The notes under the pieces were generated by a model that did no database searches, was not told the origin of the DNA, and saw only the letters and a program-made list of their open reading frames with translations. The position numbers were made by a program, and so were the translations under genes. From Candidatus Poribacteria bacterium (GTDB lineage: Bacteria > Poribacteria > WGA-4E > WGA-3G), in contig CBDBFU010000020.1 in NCBI GenBank assembly GCA_965205025.1, positions 64,001 to 128,000 on the forward strand: DNA of 64,000 nt, written 5' to 3'. Shown here one piece after another: positions 1 through 10,094 of the stretch. Each line of letters starts with the position of its first letter. The stretch's first letter is position 1.

Positions 1-1
1 T

Positions 2-787
2 GATAGATACGGTATGGTAGATCCGGATGATGTATATGCAGCTTTAACTACTAAGACAATTTTGATTAGTATAATTTATGCAAATAACGAAGTTGGAACG
101 ATCAATCCATTGAGAGATATTGCCAATATAGCATCAAAAAATAATGTCTTCTTCCATTCAGATGCTGTTCAGGGTATTGGTAAGATTGAATCGAATATGG
201 ATGTTTTAGGTCTTGATTTAGCATCTATGACTGCCCATAAAATCTATGGACCAAAGGGGGTAGGTGCATTATATTTAAGAGAAGGAATTGATCTTCACCC
301 ACTTTTTTATGGTGGAGGACAGGAAAACGGTATCCGTTCTGGTACACTGAACGTTGGTGGGATTGTTGGATTGGGTGCTGCATGTGAAAGTTGTAGTAGT
401 GCGATGAAAGAGAAAATCGAGGAAAAAGTTGTTTGGGATTTACGGGATACATTACACAAGAAATTAGTTTCTCAAATACCAGATATCCATCTTAATGGAC
501 ATCCTGAAAAAAGACTTGCTGGTAACCTACACATTTCATTTGAAAGAGTACAAAACCAAGCATTGATGATGGGACTTGACAATATCGCAGTTTCTGCTGG
601 TTCAGCATGCGATTCAGAATCTGTTACCCCATCCCATGTCTTATCTGCAATGGGTGTACCGAATGAATTGGCATTGACGGCAGTCCGTTTTGGTGTAGGA
701 CGGTATAATACTTCAGAGGAAATAGAAATTGTAGTAGATGAAGTTGAAAAGACAGTTAGAAGACTTCGTTCTTTAGCACCAGAATAG
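2..787 (+). CDS. iscS: Cysteine desulfurase (IscS/NifS type), 5' end outside window
   Basis: NNEVGTI, HSDAVQ, AHKIYGPKG (PLP lysine), RSGT, SAGSAC motifs; frame is open to the window start. Confidence 0.93.
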   Translation, partial: DRYGMVDPDDVYAALTTKTILISIIYANNEVGTINPLRDIANIASKNNVFFHSDAVQGIGKIESNMDVLGLDLASMTAHKIYGPKGVGALYLREGIDLHPLFYGGGQENGIRSGTLNVGGIVGLGAACESCSSAMKEKIEEKVVWDLRDTLHKKLVSQIPDIHLNGHPEKRLAGNLHISFERVQNQALMMGLDNIAVSAGSACDSESVTPSHVLSAMGVPNELALTAVRFGVGRYNTSEEIEIVVDEVEKTVRRLRSLAPE

Positions 788-796
788 GAGATCCTC

Positions 797-1369
797 ATGA
801 CATCAATTGCAGCGCAAACATTACTAACTTCTGATGAATACATTTCTGCTGAAAGGAAGGCTACACTCAAAAGCGAATATCTCAGTGGTGAGATTGTAGC
901 AAGGTCAGGAGCAAGTCATGAACATAATTTAATCACTATGAATACAGCTACAAGTCTGTATAATCAATTATCTAATCAAGGATGTATGGTATATTCAAGT
1001 GATATGCGCGTAGGGAGTGATAATGGAGATTCCTATTTATATCCAGATGTTTCAGTTGTTTGTGAAAGACCTCGTTTTGAGGACGATGTCCTTGATACAC
1101 TTCTAAATCCAATTATTGTTATAGAAGTGCTTTCACACTCAACCGAGGAATATGACAGAGGAGAGAAGGCTGAACGTTATAAGAAATTGGAATCACTTAA
1201 AGAATATATACTTATTTCACAGGATCGGCTAAACGTTGAACATTACACTGTTAAGGATGGAATATGGTCAGTAAAAGAACTTAACGACCTGAATGATTCT
1301 CTAAGACTAACCTCAGTAGATGCTAAACTAAAACTACAACATCTGTATAGATTTGTAGAGTTTGAATAA
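797..1369 (+). CDS. Uma2/DUF820 family endonuclease-fold protein
   Basis: EYLSGEI, YPDVSVVC, IEVLSHST..YDRGEK, EYILISQD motifs; GGAG RBS. Confidence 0.88.
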   Translation: MTSIAAQTLLTSDEYISAERKATLKSEYLSGEIVARSGASHEHNLITMNTATSLYNQLSNQGCMVYSSDMRVGSDNGDSYLYPDVSVVCERPRFEDDVLDTLLNPIIVIEVLSHSTEEYDRGEKAERYKKLESLKEYILISQDRLNVEHYTVKDGIWSVKELNDLNDSLRLTSVDAKLKLQHLYRFVEFE

Positions 1370-1379
1370 TATACTCACA

Positions 1380-2264
1380 TTATTCAGAAAGTTCCATAAT
1401 TGCAATTCCTTGCTCCCCTGCCACTGAATACAGAAGCCATTTCCTACCATCTTCACAATATATATCTGGATCTCTCAATTGATGTACCCGTTCTCTATCC
1501 AATCCGTTAGTGGATGGGACAATGGGTATATCAACACCTTCAAAATCATATTTGGGTGCTATAACCTCAATCGGTGGAGATGGTGTCCAATCATTCCAAT
1601 CTTCAGTAAGTTCAACAGTACTTTTCAAAATCCGTTCTGGTGTATCTCCATAGAGTGAATAGTATACTGTCAAAGTATCTCCATCAAGATAGTTGGCTGT
1701 ATGGCGCGGAGTTCCATCCCTACCCTTTCCAATAAATAAAGGTGTTTCACGTCTTTCAAAAACTGTCGTCCATTCTGCTGTTTTACCACGGTTAAGCAAG
1801 TTGTGATTTGTAGCATATATTGTATCGTTCCACCAAAACACCTTAAAATATGGACCTTGTTGCTTTTCTAAGGATTCGGATGCAGAGAAATCCAAACCAT
1901 TCTCTGATGTTGCCCAACATGTGGCTTGACCTCCCCGGTAATTTCCATGGAAGTACATGATGAATTTTTTGTTATCCTCATCTATATGCACATCTGGGGA
2001 TGCAATATGATCACAACCTTTGAAGACGGTGTTATCTCTATGGAGCGCACCGCCAGGATAAACAGTATACGGTCCAATAATATCATCTGCATAAGCTAAT
2101 CGTATATAAGATCCACGATGGTGTGCAAAATATAGATAGTATTTACCCAATGGGTTTTCAATCCAATCAGGTACACGTACAAGTGATGGACCATTTATAT
2201 TTGGAAATCCGTGTTCATTTTCTATATTAGGCATTTCTGGATGAATGAGTAGTGTACGTTCCAT
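1380..2264 (-). CDS. Five-bladed beta-propeller glycoside-hydrolase-like protein (GH43/GH130-like)
   Basis: YYLYFAHH, ASPDV, LRDPDIY, LLYSVAGEQGI blades. Confidence 0.6.
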   Translation of the reverse strand: MERTLLIHPEMPNIENEHGFPNINGPSLVRVPDWIENPLGKYYLYFAHHRGSYIRLAYADDIIGPYTVYPGGALHRDNTVFKGCDHIASPDVHIDEDNKKFIMYFHGNYRGGQATCWATSENGLDFSASESLEKQQGPYFKVFWWNDTIYATNHNLLNRGKTAEWTTVFERRETPLFIGKGRDGTPRHTANYLDGDTLTVYYSLYGDTPERILKSTVELTEDWNDWTPSPPIEVIAPKYDFEGVDIPIVPSTNGLDRERVHQLRDPDIYCEDGRKWLLYSVAGEQGIAIMELSE

Positions 2265-2288
2265 GTTTATCCTCTAAATCTAAAATCT

Positions 2289-3104
2289 TTAATCATGTGC
2301 TTGAAAACGGTATACCGATTGTGTTTCTTCTGACATTGTTGACCAAATTTCTTCTGGAATACGCGCATTAAAAATACCGGGGGCATTCGGTGAATGATGG
2401 AATCTTCTAAAATAAACTAATGCCAACATATGTCTTGGAGAATCTGTCGTATTCGGCATTGCTCTGTGCCAACACCGCATATCTCGTACAACGACGGACC
2501 CGGCTGGCATGGTTAACTGAAATGAAGGATGTTGGGCTGCACGTGCTTCATCACATACATGGTAAGGGGTATTCCTAACATCATCATCATCTATAATAAG
2601 ATGTGATCCGGGCCAAACTTCAGTTGCACCATTCTCCACAGTAAAATCTGTTAGTGGTATATTTACAACGATTGTTGTTACAGGTAGCGCGAATGATAAT
2701 TCTGGGAAGAGTTGACCAGAATCTCGATGAATCCACTGTATCTCATTACCTGGTGCAGTTGAATTACACCCATAGGGTAGATAGGCAAAAAACTGTTCTC
2801 CCATGGCTTCCTTCATTATTGCCATTGAAAAAGGATTACTGATGATACGGGGATCCATAAACGGCATCTTAAGCATCGGATTTACACCGTTCTCATCTTC
2901 ATTCTCTCCATCCATCACTGCTTGCATAGCCGTATTAACTTCTTCTATCCAGTCTCGGGGCAATACACTTTCAATAACGACTAATCCAGCTTCACGTAGA
3001 AGACGTACACCAGCATCAATTGAATCTTGAGATAAGTAATTTCCTATTCGTTCCTGATCTGAAATTTCAAGTCTTGGAATGTTTACAGTTGTTCCTTTAC
3101 ACAT
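2289..3104 (-). CDS. Phytanoyl-CoA dioxygenase (PhyH) family 2OG-Fe(II) oxygenase
   Basis: HRD facial triad, NGATEVWPGSH, distal WHRAMPN..R. Confidence 0.88.
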   Translation of the reverse strand: MCKGTTVNIPRLEISDQERIGNYLSQDSIDAGVRLLREAGLVVIESVLPRDWIEEVNTAMQAVMDGENEDENGVNPMLKMPFMDPRIISNPFSMAIMKEAMGEQFFAYLPYGCNSTAPGNEIQWIHRDSGQLFPELSFALPVTTIVVNIPLTDFTVENGATEVWPGSHLIIDDDDVRNTPYHVCDEARAAQHPSFQLTMPAGSVVVRDMRCWHRAMPNTTDSPRHMLALVYFRRFHHSPNAPGIFNARIPEEIWSTMSEETQSVYRFQAHD

Positions 3105-3864
3105 TGCTTTCTTCTTCCGTTAATTCATTGGGTGATAGGTTAAGACTTTGGTGAATTGCATGACTGACAATGTTGCATTTTGATATTGCAATTTCTACAT
3201 TTTCTCCAGTTGCTGACTTTCCCGGATATCGAAAGTTTACTGCATGATTTGATAGAGTTGAAAGATCTGATTTCCAGGAATTCCATTCAGGTATATAGGG
3301 TATTATTAGATCCAATAGATCTTCTAACTTGTGTGTTCTTGGAATTGGAATATTCTTTTCTTGGAGCCATGCTTTTAAGTACTTCTCGATGCATTGTTGC
3401 GCATGGAAACAGATAATATTTTTACTTGAAATTTCATTCTGATACAATAACTTAACTGTTGTGTAATTTTCTTCTGCTTTTTCTACCCATTCTAATGTCA
3501 AAGGATTCATATTAGTTTTTTCATTTTTATTATTTATTTCTATCGTGTTGATATCCCCGTAAAGGATTTCCCCTCTTTCTGTGATTTCACGTAAGAACCA
3601 GTCGTTATGTGAAATTCGAAATGAGATCTCATCTTGTGATCTTACCAATAAATCCATACTAAAACGTCGTGGAATTCGTTTACGTATTTCCGATGTCTTA
3701 CGACTCGTTTCAGATGCAGGAATATCCATAACTACTAACATATCCACATCAGAATCTTCAGTCGGAATACCATAAGCATAAGATCCAAAAAGGATCACAT
3801 GCAATGGAGAAAATTCCCTTACAATGTCATCACAGGTGGCTTGAATATCTTCTTGACTGACCAT
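3097..3864 (-). CDS. Fused minimal nucleotidyltransferase (MNT) + HEPN domain protein
   Basis: N-term LFGSYAYG..DSDVD; C-term CFHAQQCIEKYLKA, RTHKL, FRYPG; probable start MVSQED at 3864. Confidence 0.85.
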   Translation of the reverse strand: MVSQEDIQATCDDIVREFSPLHVILFGSYAYGIPTEDSDVDMLVVMDIPASETSRKTSEIRKRIPRRFSMDLLVRSQDEISFRISHNDWFLREITERGEILYGDINTIEINNKNEKTNMNPLTLEWVEKAEENYTTVKLLYQNEISSKNIICFHAQQCIEKYLKAWLQEKNIPIPRTHKLEDLLDLIIPYIPEWNSWKSDLSTLSNHAVNFRYPGKSATGENVEIAISKCNIVSHAIHQSLNLSPNELTEEESNV

Positions 3865-4087
3865 ACATTGTCTCCCATTTGAGAGTATACCATTAAGAGA
3901 TAAGGGTGTCAACGATGGGATAATCTATGTATGTGTAAGGTCCTTATGACACAACAAGTCATGTGAAGTGTTCAAAGGATATTTCGTCTGAACTTGCATA
4001 ATACTTATTAATTTTGTCAAATTTGTGTTGTATTAACATATTGTTTTATGTAAAATTTACAATTATTTACTGTTTAGGAGCAATTGA

Positions 4088-4876
4088 ATGACACCTGAAG
4101 TGGCTATTGAAAAACGTGAACAGATGCTTCGTGACGGATTTTGTGTAGTTGAAGATGTTCTATCTGATGAATTCTTACAAGAACTGCACGATGAATCAGA
4201 AAGATTAATTGCAGCACATACTGAACCAGCGGAAATGGTATACCAAGGGCAACATGTCAATGTAAATGGGGCTGATAACCCGTATATTAAAAGATTATTA
4301 GAATGGCAACCTTCTCGTGATGCACTTGAAGACCTCGGTTTTGGTGATTTCGCTGCATCAGGGGGTATTATCATACTAACAAAAGAAGCAGGTGGACCTC
4401 CACTCTATTGGCATCAAGATTGGATGCGTTGGAATGATCCACTTAGTTGTACCCCCTGGCCACAGACTATCTTTCTAAACTATTACTTGTCAGACACATC
4501 ACGGGAAAATGGGTGTTTAAAGGTAATTCCCGGTACACATCTAAAGAGAATTGATCTACACAATCAACTTGTACCTGCACATGAACAAGGTGCACGGTTT
4601 ATTCAAGAAGATCATCCAATAATGTTTTGTGATCACCCAGATCAAGTGGAAATTTCTGCTAAAGCTGGTTCTTTGGTTATGGCAGATGCTCGATTATTAC
4701 ATGCTGCACATAATAATCTTACTGATACACGAAGAACTTTGATCTTAGCATGGCATAGTAGACCAAACACTATTCCAGAATATTGGGATAAAGAGATTCC
4801 TGAAATTATTGCAAATAGAGATGAGAATGGAAACTATCCGGGTTCACGTATTCCAGGTGAGCTTTTACAACCATAA
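4088..4876 (+). CDS. PhyH family dioxygenase
   Basis: WHQD, NGCLKVIPGTH, LLHAAHNN..RR. Confidence 0.88.
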   Translation: MTPEVAIEKREQMLRDGFCVVEDVLSDEFLQELHDESERLIAAHTEPAEMVYQGQHVNVNGADNPYIKRLLEWQPSRDALEDLGFGDFAASGGIIILTKEAGGPPLYWHQDWMRWNDPLSCTPWPQTIFLNYYLSDTSRENGCLKVIPGTHLKRIDLHNQLVPAHEQGARFIQEDHPIMFCDHPDQVEISAKAGSLVMADARLLHAAHNNLTDTRRTLILAWHSRPNTIPEYWDKEIPEIIANRDENGNYPGSRIPGELLQP

Positions 4877-4975
4877 GATATTCAATCACTGTGAGTTAGT
4901 TTTTGACGTTGTTCCACATCAAAAATTGAGTGTTTTATGGGCAAATATGAAGACATTTTACTAAGGAGTTAAGAA

Positions 4976-5791
4976 ATGAGAAAATACCAAATTAGTAAGT
5001 ATTCTATATTAATTCTTATATGGATGGGGGTATCATTCAATGTATATGGAATAAATTTGGACTCAACAGATCTTGTTGTATACTACAGTTTTGATGCGGA
5101 TACACGTAATGGAACGGACTTTTTAGATGAATCTGGAAATGAAAACCACGGTTTTGTGCAAGGCAACAATATAAAGAACGTTGAAGGGCAGGTCAACGAA
5201 GCAGTAGAGTTTCCTGGATTAGGTGGACAGTATATTGCTGTTCGAAATATACTATATTCTGAAGGTATACCTAAACTAAGTATATCTGTTTGGATAAAAA
5301 CCCCACAGAAAGGGTTAATCTCATCTTGGGATCGTAGTGAATTTTTTCGATTTGGTGTGGGGGATGACCAACTTGGGAATGAAACCTTGGTTGCTTTTGA
5401 TATTTGTTGTCCAATATCCGATTGGCATGGTAACATTGAGGTAACAGACGATGAATGGCACCATATTGTCGTTACATTTGACGGTGAGAAAAAACGAATA
5501 TTTGTTGATGGGGAATTAGATGCTGAAGAACCAGTGCATGTGGCATTTATCGGTCCAAAAGCACAACGTTTTGGTTTTATAGGCGTTGGTTCTGAAGCAA
5601 CAGATTTTAATGGTCTACGGGGTCCTACCACTTTTCCTTTCAAGGGTTTGATGGACGAGTATATGATGTTCCATCGGGCATTGACTGAGAAAGAAGTAGA
5701 AAAACTTGCTAATACTCTGGGAAATCCGTTCCTTGTTGAACCAAAAAATAAGATAACGACAGTATGGGGTAGCATCAAGAAATTACAATAG
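4976..5791 (+). CDS. Secreted LamG/concanavalin A-like domain protein with C-terminal VEP..TTxWG.IK motif
   Basis: Signal peptide; YYSFD, WHHIVVTFDG, FVDG, FKGLMDE, RALT. Confidence 0.85.
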   Translation: MRKYQISKYSILILIWMGVSFNVYGINLDSTDLVVYYSFDADTRNGTDFLDESGNENHGFVQGNNIKNVEGQVNEAVEFPGLGGQYIAVRNILYSEGIPKLSISVWIKTPQKGLISSWDRSEFFRFGVGDDQLGNETLVAFDICCPISDWHGNIEVTDDEWHHIVVTFDGEKKRIFVDGELDAEEPVHVAFIGPKAQRFGFIGVGSEATDFNGLRGPTTFPFKGLMDEYMMFHRALTEKEVEKLANTLGNPFLVEPKNKITTVWGSIKKLQ

Positions 5792-5841
5792 AAAATCTAT
5801 GCACTATTGCTATTCTAATCACTTATGCTTCCCTAAGAAAT

Positions 5842-6627
5842 TTACTCATCGTTTGATGTTAATACCTCTTGAATCCCAGGATATTCTCGCCAGATGTCTG
5901 TATAACAATCATATCCATTTTCATTGCAGTCTACATGTCGAAGACGAAATATAACAGCATATCTAATGTCAGCAGAAGCGTTTTGTGCAGCAGAATGGAC
6001 AACCTGATGATGGGTTAATACCACATCTCCAGCATTACCAGTAATTTGTTTCGGTTCTTCTGGTAGATCAGGACGCGGCATGCCGTCAGCTAATACCTCA
6101 TGCCCTTCCTTTTCAAAATAGTCAGCAAAGAAAGAGTGTGATTTTGGCCATACAGTAAAATTTCCACTATTCGTTTCTGGTACATCTGCAAGATATACAA
6201 CAGCTAATGCAGAAAACCCTCGTTTGTAAACACCTTTTGGCATCCCGTTAGATCCACTACCCAATCCATCCAAATGTCCACTTGGTGCATTCGCATCACG
6301 GTCCAACGGCATTGGGAATCTTAATGCAATTTGGGCAGAACCGGGTGTTTGCACATTTCCTTCACCTAATAAAGATTCAGCGATATTCTGTACTGGTGTT
6401 TTGCGGTATATATCTACTATTTGAGGTGCATTTTGTATCTCATTGCAATAAGATTGTGCTCTGAACTTTTCTAAGTCCCCTTCATGCATACCAACTGCCC
6501 CTATTGAATGGTTAATTAATTTACGAGCGGAATCAACCATTAACTTTGGTACAGCACCAGGAACAGTAATATACCCATTTTCATGAAATTCTAACTTCTG
6601 TTTCTGTGTTAACATCATACTCTCCAA
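5842..6627 (-). CDS. PhyH family dioxygenase
   Basis: FHENGY, HLD, GNFTVWPKSH, VHSAAQN..IRY. Confidence 0.82.
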   Translation of the reverse strand: MESMMLTQKQKLEFHENGYITVPGAVPKLMVDSARKLINHSIGAVGMHEGDLEKFRAQSYCNEIQNAPQIVDIYRKTPVQNIAESLLGEGNVQTPGSAQIALRFPMPLDRDANAPSGHLDGLGSGSNGMPKGVYKRGFSALAVVYLADVPETNSGNFTVWPKSHSFFADYFEKEGHEVLADGMPRPDLPEEPKQITGNAGDVVLTHHQVVHSAAQNASADIRYAVIFRLRHVDCNENGYDCYTDIWREYPGIQEVLTSNDE

Positions 6628-6710
6628 AATGAGTTATTATGAATTCAATATACTGATTAGACAAATTATTTTCTTAATTCGTTTAAATAAAATTCTGAAG
6701 CAAAGGAAGG

Positions 6711-7880
6711 CTATTTTAACCAATGATGAAAGACAATCTTCTCACCAATTGGTTCAATGACTCGTAGTAGTACTCTACCATCGTTTAGAAAATCAACGGA
6801 CATAAAACCGGTATGTTGATGGGCAAAAAGTGTATTCTCACCATGGGAAACTGGGGTTGCTTTCTCTGTAGATCCAAGTCCACTTATGAGTAAATAATCT
6901 GTAATATCGTCTTTAAGTACTTGTAGTGAATGATCATGACCGGAGGCATATATTAACAATGATGTCTGATTGGATTCTGAGAATGCATGGTTCAACTGTT
7001 TCACCATCTTTTTATATCTTTTTCCATTTAAATCTTGAGGATAGTCTACTATATACCAACGAGATAGTGGGACTATTGATCCAAGAATTGGAATAGGCAA
7101 CCATAGCCACTTCTTATACATTCTGCCAGGGAAAATGTGATCTTTCCAATCAAAGAAACCACCGTGGGGTCCATAACTTTCAATCGGATGATGTCCAACA
7201 ACTATAACCGGTAAATCCGTATTTAATAAAGTCTTTAGTTCTGATATGACAGATTCATAAGATTCACTTGAATGAGGGTTTTCCTGTAACCACCATTGTG
7301 TATCCAAGACAATTAAACGAAGAGTAGGTGAAGCTTTCGGAAGGTCAACTGGAACTGGACCTGGGGTTCCCTCTATTGGAAGAAATTTTGGGTTTTGTGT
7401 TAATACATTATTTATGTAATTTTGCTGTTTGAGAATTGCTTGATACCCCTCATCTTTACCACTTGCCCAATCATGATTACCAGGTATAAATAAGCCATGT
7501 GCATTGGATGATGTAATTACATCTAATTGCGGTAGTAATTTCTCTTCTACCTCATCCCGTCTTTCTTCTGTCATCCCATCAGGATACATATTATCTCCTA
7601 AAAAGACAACCGTAGTTCGATCTGACGCTTTTGACGTCCAATTCTTTAGTGATTTTAAAACGGGTTCATTAGGTTTTGGCTGTCCTGCATCTCCAATTAG
7701 TACGATGCGGTAGAGTAAGGAGGAATTCGTTTGAGTTTCTGTTTTCGCAGCTAACGATATTTCTGGATGATAATAAGGTGTGGTATGGCTACACCCAACA
7801 AAGGAAAGGTATACAATCTGAACGATGAAGCCGAGTAATAGATAACTCCATATAATACGAGAACGTCTGTTTGAAATCAT
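6711..7880 (-). CDS. Calcineurin-like metallophosphoesterase, probable lipoprotein
   Basis: GDAG, GDNMY, GNHD, GHHP, GHDH motifs; hydrophobic N-term with FVGC. Confidence 0.87.
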   Translation of the reverse strand: MISNRRSRIIWSYLLLGFIVQIVYLSFVGCSHTTPYYHPEISLAAKTETQTNSSLLYRIVLIGDAGQPKPNEPVLKSLKNWTSKASDRTTVVFLGDNMYPDGMTEERRDEVEEKLLPQLDVITSSNAHGLFIPGNHDWASGKDEGYQAILKQQNYINNVLTQNPKFLPIEGTPGPVPVDLPKASPTLRLIVLDTQWWLQENPHSSESYESVISELKTLLNTDLPVIVVGHHPIESYGPHGGFFDWKDHIFPGRMYKKWLWLPIPILGSIVPLSRWYIVDYPQDLNGKRYKKMVKQLNHAFSESNQTSLLIYASGHDHSLQVLKDDITDYLLISGLGSTEKATPVSHGENTLFAHQHTGFMSVDFLNDGRVLLRVIEPIGEKIVFHHWLK

Positions 7881-7932
7881 TGTAGTAGTATAAAGAAAGT
7901 TTTAACTCAGTAATGTGGATATATAATGAATT

Positions 7933-9267
7933 TCATTCATTGTATATCATTGTATTTATATGGTCAACTAAATCTTCCAAAGGTACATCTTTCTGTTGTC
8001 TACTTGAAAGTTCCCGCACTGCAGCTATTCCTGCATCTAATTCATCAGATCCTAATATTACTGCGTAAGGAATACCCTTCGAATCTGCATATTTCAGTTG
8101 TACGCTTATTTTTCCTGGACGGAAATATACCTCTGTCCGAATTCCACCTTTACGCAATTGTGTTGCTAATTTTAGTGATTCATTCATCAAATCATCATCA
8201 AAAACGGTCATTAATACCTGTGTCACTGTTTTACCCACCGTTGATGGAAACATATCGAATTCTTCCATGACATCAATAATCCGTTCTATACCGAAACTTG
8301 TCCCTGTAGCAGGAAAACTCTGTTTACTAAAACTACCAATCAATTCATCATATCTACCACCACCCGTTATACTACCTATCTTCGGTTCTTCAACAACTGT
8401 TTCATAAATAGGTCCTGTGTAGTATTCCAAACCACGTACCATTGCTACATTCACACAAAAAAATTCTTCTGGAACACCGAGTATTGAAATATAATCTATT
8501 AACTCTTTCAAATTTGAAATGCCTTCACGGGCTGTTTCGAAATCGTTGAGTTGATTGCTTAATTCAGATAGAATTGTTTCTGCATCACCTTCAATCTGTA
8601 ACAAAGCAAGTAGTTTTTCAATGACATCTTCAGGGATATTATTTTCTCTTAATTCTGATGTGACCCCATCTATTCCTATCTTATCCAATTTATCTATTGA
8701 TCGGTAAAGTCCTCCTAACTGTTCAGTTGGAACTCCAGCGAATTGTCCAATCCCAGTTATCAATTTTCTCTCATTGATGTTTATCTCAAATTGTTTAAAC
8801 CCAAGTCGAGAAAGTATTTGATATATCAGATTGACATTTTCAGCATCCGCTAACATGCTCTCACTACCAACTGTATCCGCATCACATTGGAAGAACTGAC
8901 GGTAACGACCTTTTTGTGGACGTTCTGCGCGCCACACAGGATCAATTTGATACCTTTTAAAGGGTTTAGGAAGTTGCGGGTACATTGCTACTACCCGACA
9001 TAAAGGAACAGAAAGATCATACCTGAGTGAGATATCTTCTTTACCACCTGTATGTCCTGCTTGATAGATCAACTTCTCTGCATCTGGACCGTATTTTCCT
9101 GTAAGTACTTCAGTTAACTCCATCGCAGGTGTTTGTAATGGTTCAAAACCGAATTCTTCAAATATATCACGAATTACATCAATCACATACAGCCTACGAA
9201 TCATCTGTTCCGGTAAAATATCACGCATACCTCTCGGTACACGTGGTTTTATGAGCTGTGCCATCAA
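7933..9267 (-). CDS. hisS: Histidine--tRNA ligase
   Basis: LRYDL, WRAERPQKGRYRQFFQCD, RGLEYYTG, GGGRYD, GIERI, anticodon-binding domain. Confidence 0.97.
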   Translation of the reverse strand: MMAQLIKPRVPRGMRDILPEQMIRRLYVIDVIRDIFEEFGFEPLQTPAMELTEVLTGKYGPDAEKLIYQAGHTGGKEDISLRYDLSVPLCRVVAMYPQLPKPFKRYQIDPVWRAERPQKGRYRQFFQCDADTVGSESMLADAENVNLIYQILSRLGFKQFEININERKLITGIGQFAGVPTEQLGGLYRSIDKLDKIGIDGVTSELRENNIPEDVIEKLLALLQIEGDAETILSELSNQLNDFETAREGISNLKELIDYISILGVPEEFFCVNVAMVRGLEYYTGPIYETVVEEPKIGSITGGGRYDELIGSFSKQSFPATGTSFGIERIIDVMEEFDMFPSTVGKTVTQVLMTVFDDDLMNESLKLATQLRKGGIRTEVYFRPGKISVQLKYADSKGIPYAVILGSDELDAGIAAVRELSSRQQKDVPLEDLVDHINTMIYNE

Positions 9268-9276
9268 CCCTACTCC

Positions 9277-10047
9277 TTATATATGTCCTGGAAGCCCTTG
9301 ACTTCTACGTCTACGAACACCTTTTTCAAGTGTCTGTTTTAGTTCATCAATTTTTTCACGTTTCCAGGGATCTCTAAGCGATTTAGGATTCGCGATTAAT
9401 GATGATTCTGATTCGCGCAAAACTTCAACAATCTTTAGGTTGTTTGCTTTTAATGTACGAGCTGAACTACAATTATCAATAATCGCATCCGCCTCCTCTG
9501 GTGGTTTTCCTTCTGTTGCCCCAAAAGACAACATCAACATGATTGGTGATTGATAGGTACCAAGAGTATTTAGACGTTTCCACGGGGTTAATATAACGGG
9601 AGCAATTTTGTTTTCTGTTTGTTCAAGAATATATTTCTCGGAAATGTTTAAATACTCAGTCGAGATTCTTATATTTCTATCGGCAAGATTGACCAGATCC
9701 ATAAACGAATTGATATCATCTCTCTCTTCACGCACTGCCAAAACAATACTAACGAATCCGTAATCCAACGGTAAGACCTCCTCAACATTCGCATCTGTTT
9801 CTTCCACCCAATCCTGACCAGTAACACCTAAATCGTAAAAATCATCCATACCTACATAAACTGGAATTTCTTGTGGTCGAGAAACCTTAATTTGGATTTC
9901 TTCATCATTCGTAATTGAAGCACGGTAGGATCTATCAGTTGATTTATATCCATTAATTTCATACCCAGCACGTTGAAACATCTCAAGGGTTTCAGACTGT
10001 ATTGTTCCTTTCGGTAATAGTAAATTTAAAGTCCTTTCTGTCTGCAT
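9277..10047 (-). CDS. hisG: ATP phosphoribosyltransferase (apparently short form)
   Basis: LPKG, RPQEIP.YV, DLGVTGQD, GATE, ADAIID; no full C-terminal regulatory domain; lies between hisZ and hisS. Confidence 0.88.
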   Translation of the reverse strand: MQTERTLNLLLPKGTIQSETLEMFQRAGYEINGYKSTDRSYRASITNDEEIQIKVSRPQEIPVYVGMDDFYDLGVTGQDWVEETDANVEEVLPLDYGFVSIVLAVREERDDINSFMDLVNLADRNIRISTEYLNISEKYILEQTENKIAPVILTPWKRLNTLGTYQSPIMLMLSFGATEGKPPEEADAIIDNCSSARTLKANNLKIVEVLRESESSLIANPKSLRDPWKREKIDELKQTLEKGVRRRRSQGLPGHI

Positions 10048-10094
10048 AATAAAGTATTCCTTTTGTTTCGGTATATCAGCATAATGCTTTCTGG

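Noticed and set aside
5083-5778. 231-aa antisense ORF
   Set aside because: Fully overlaps the well-supported LamG gene; no motifs
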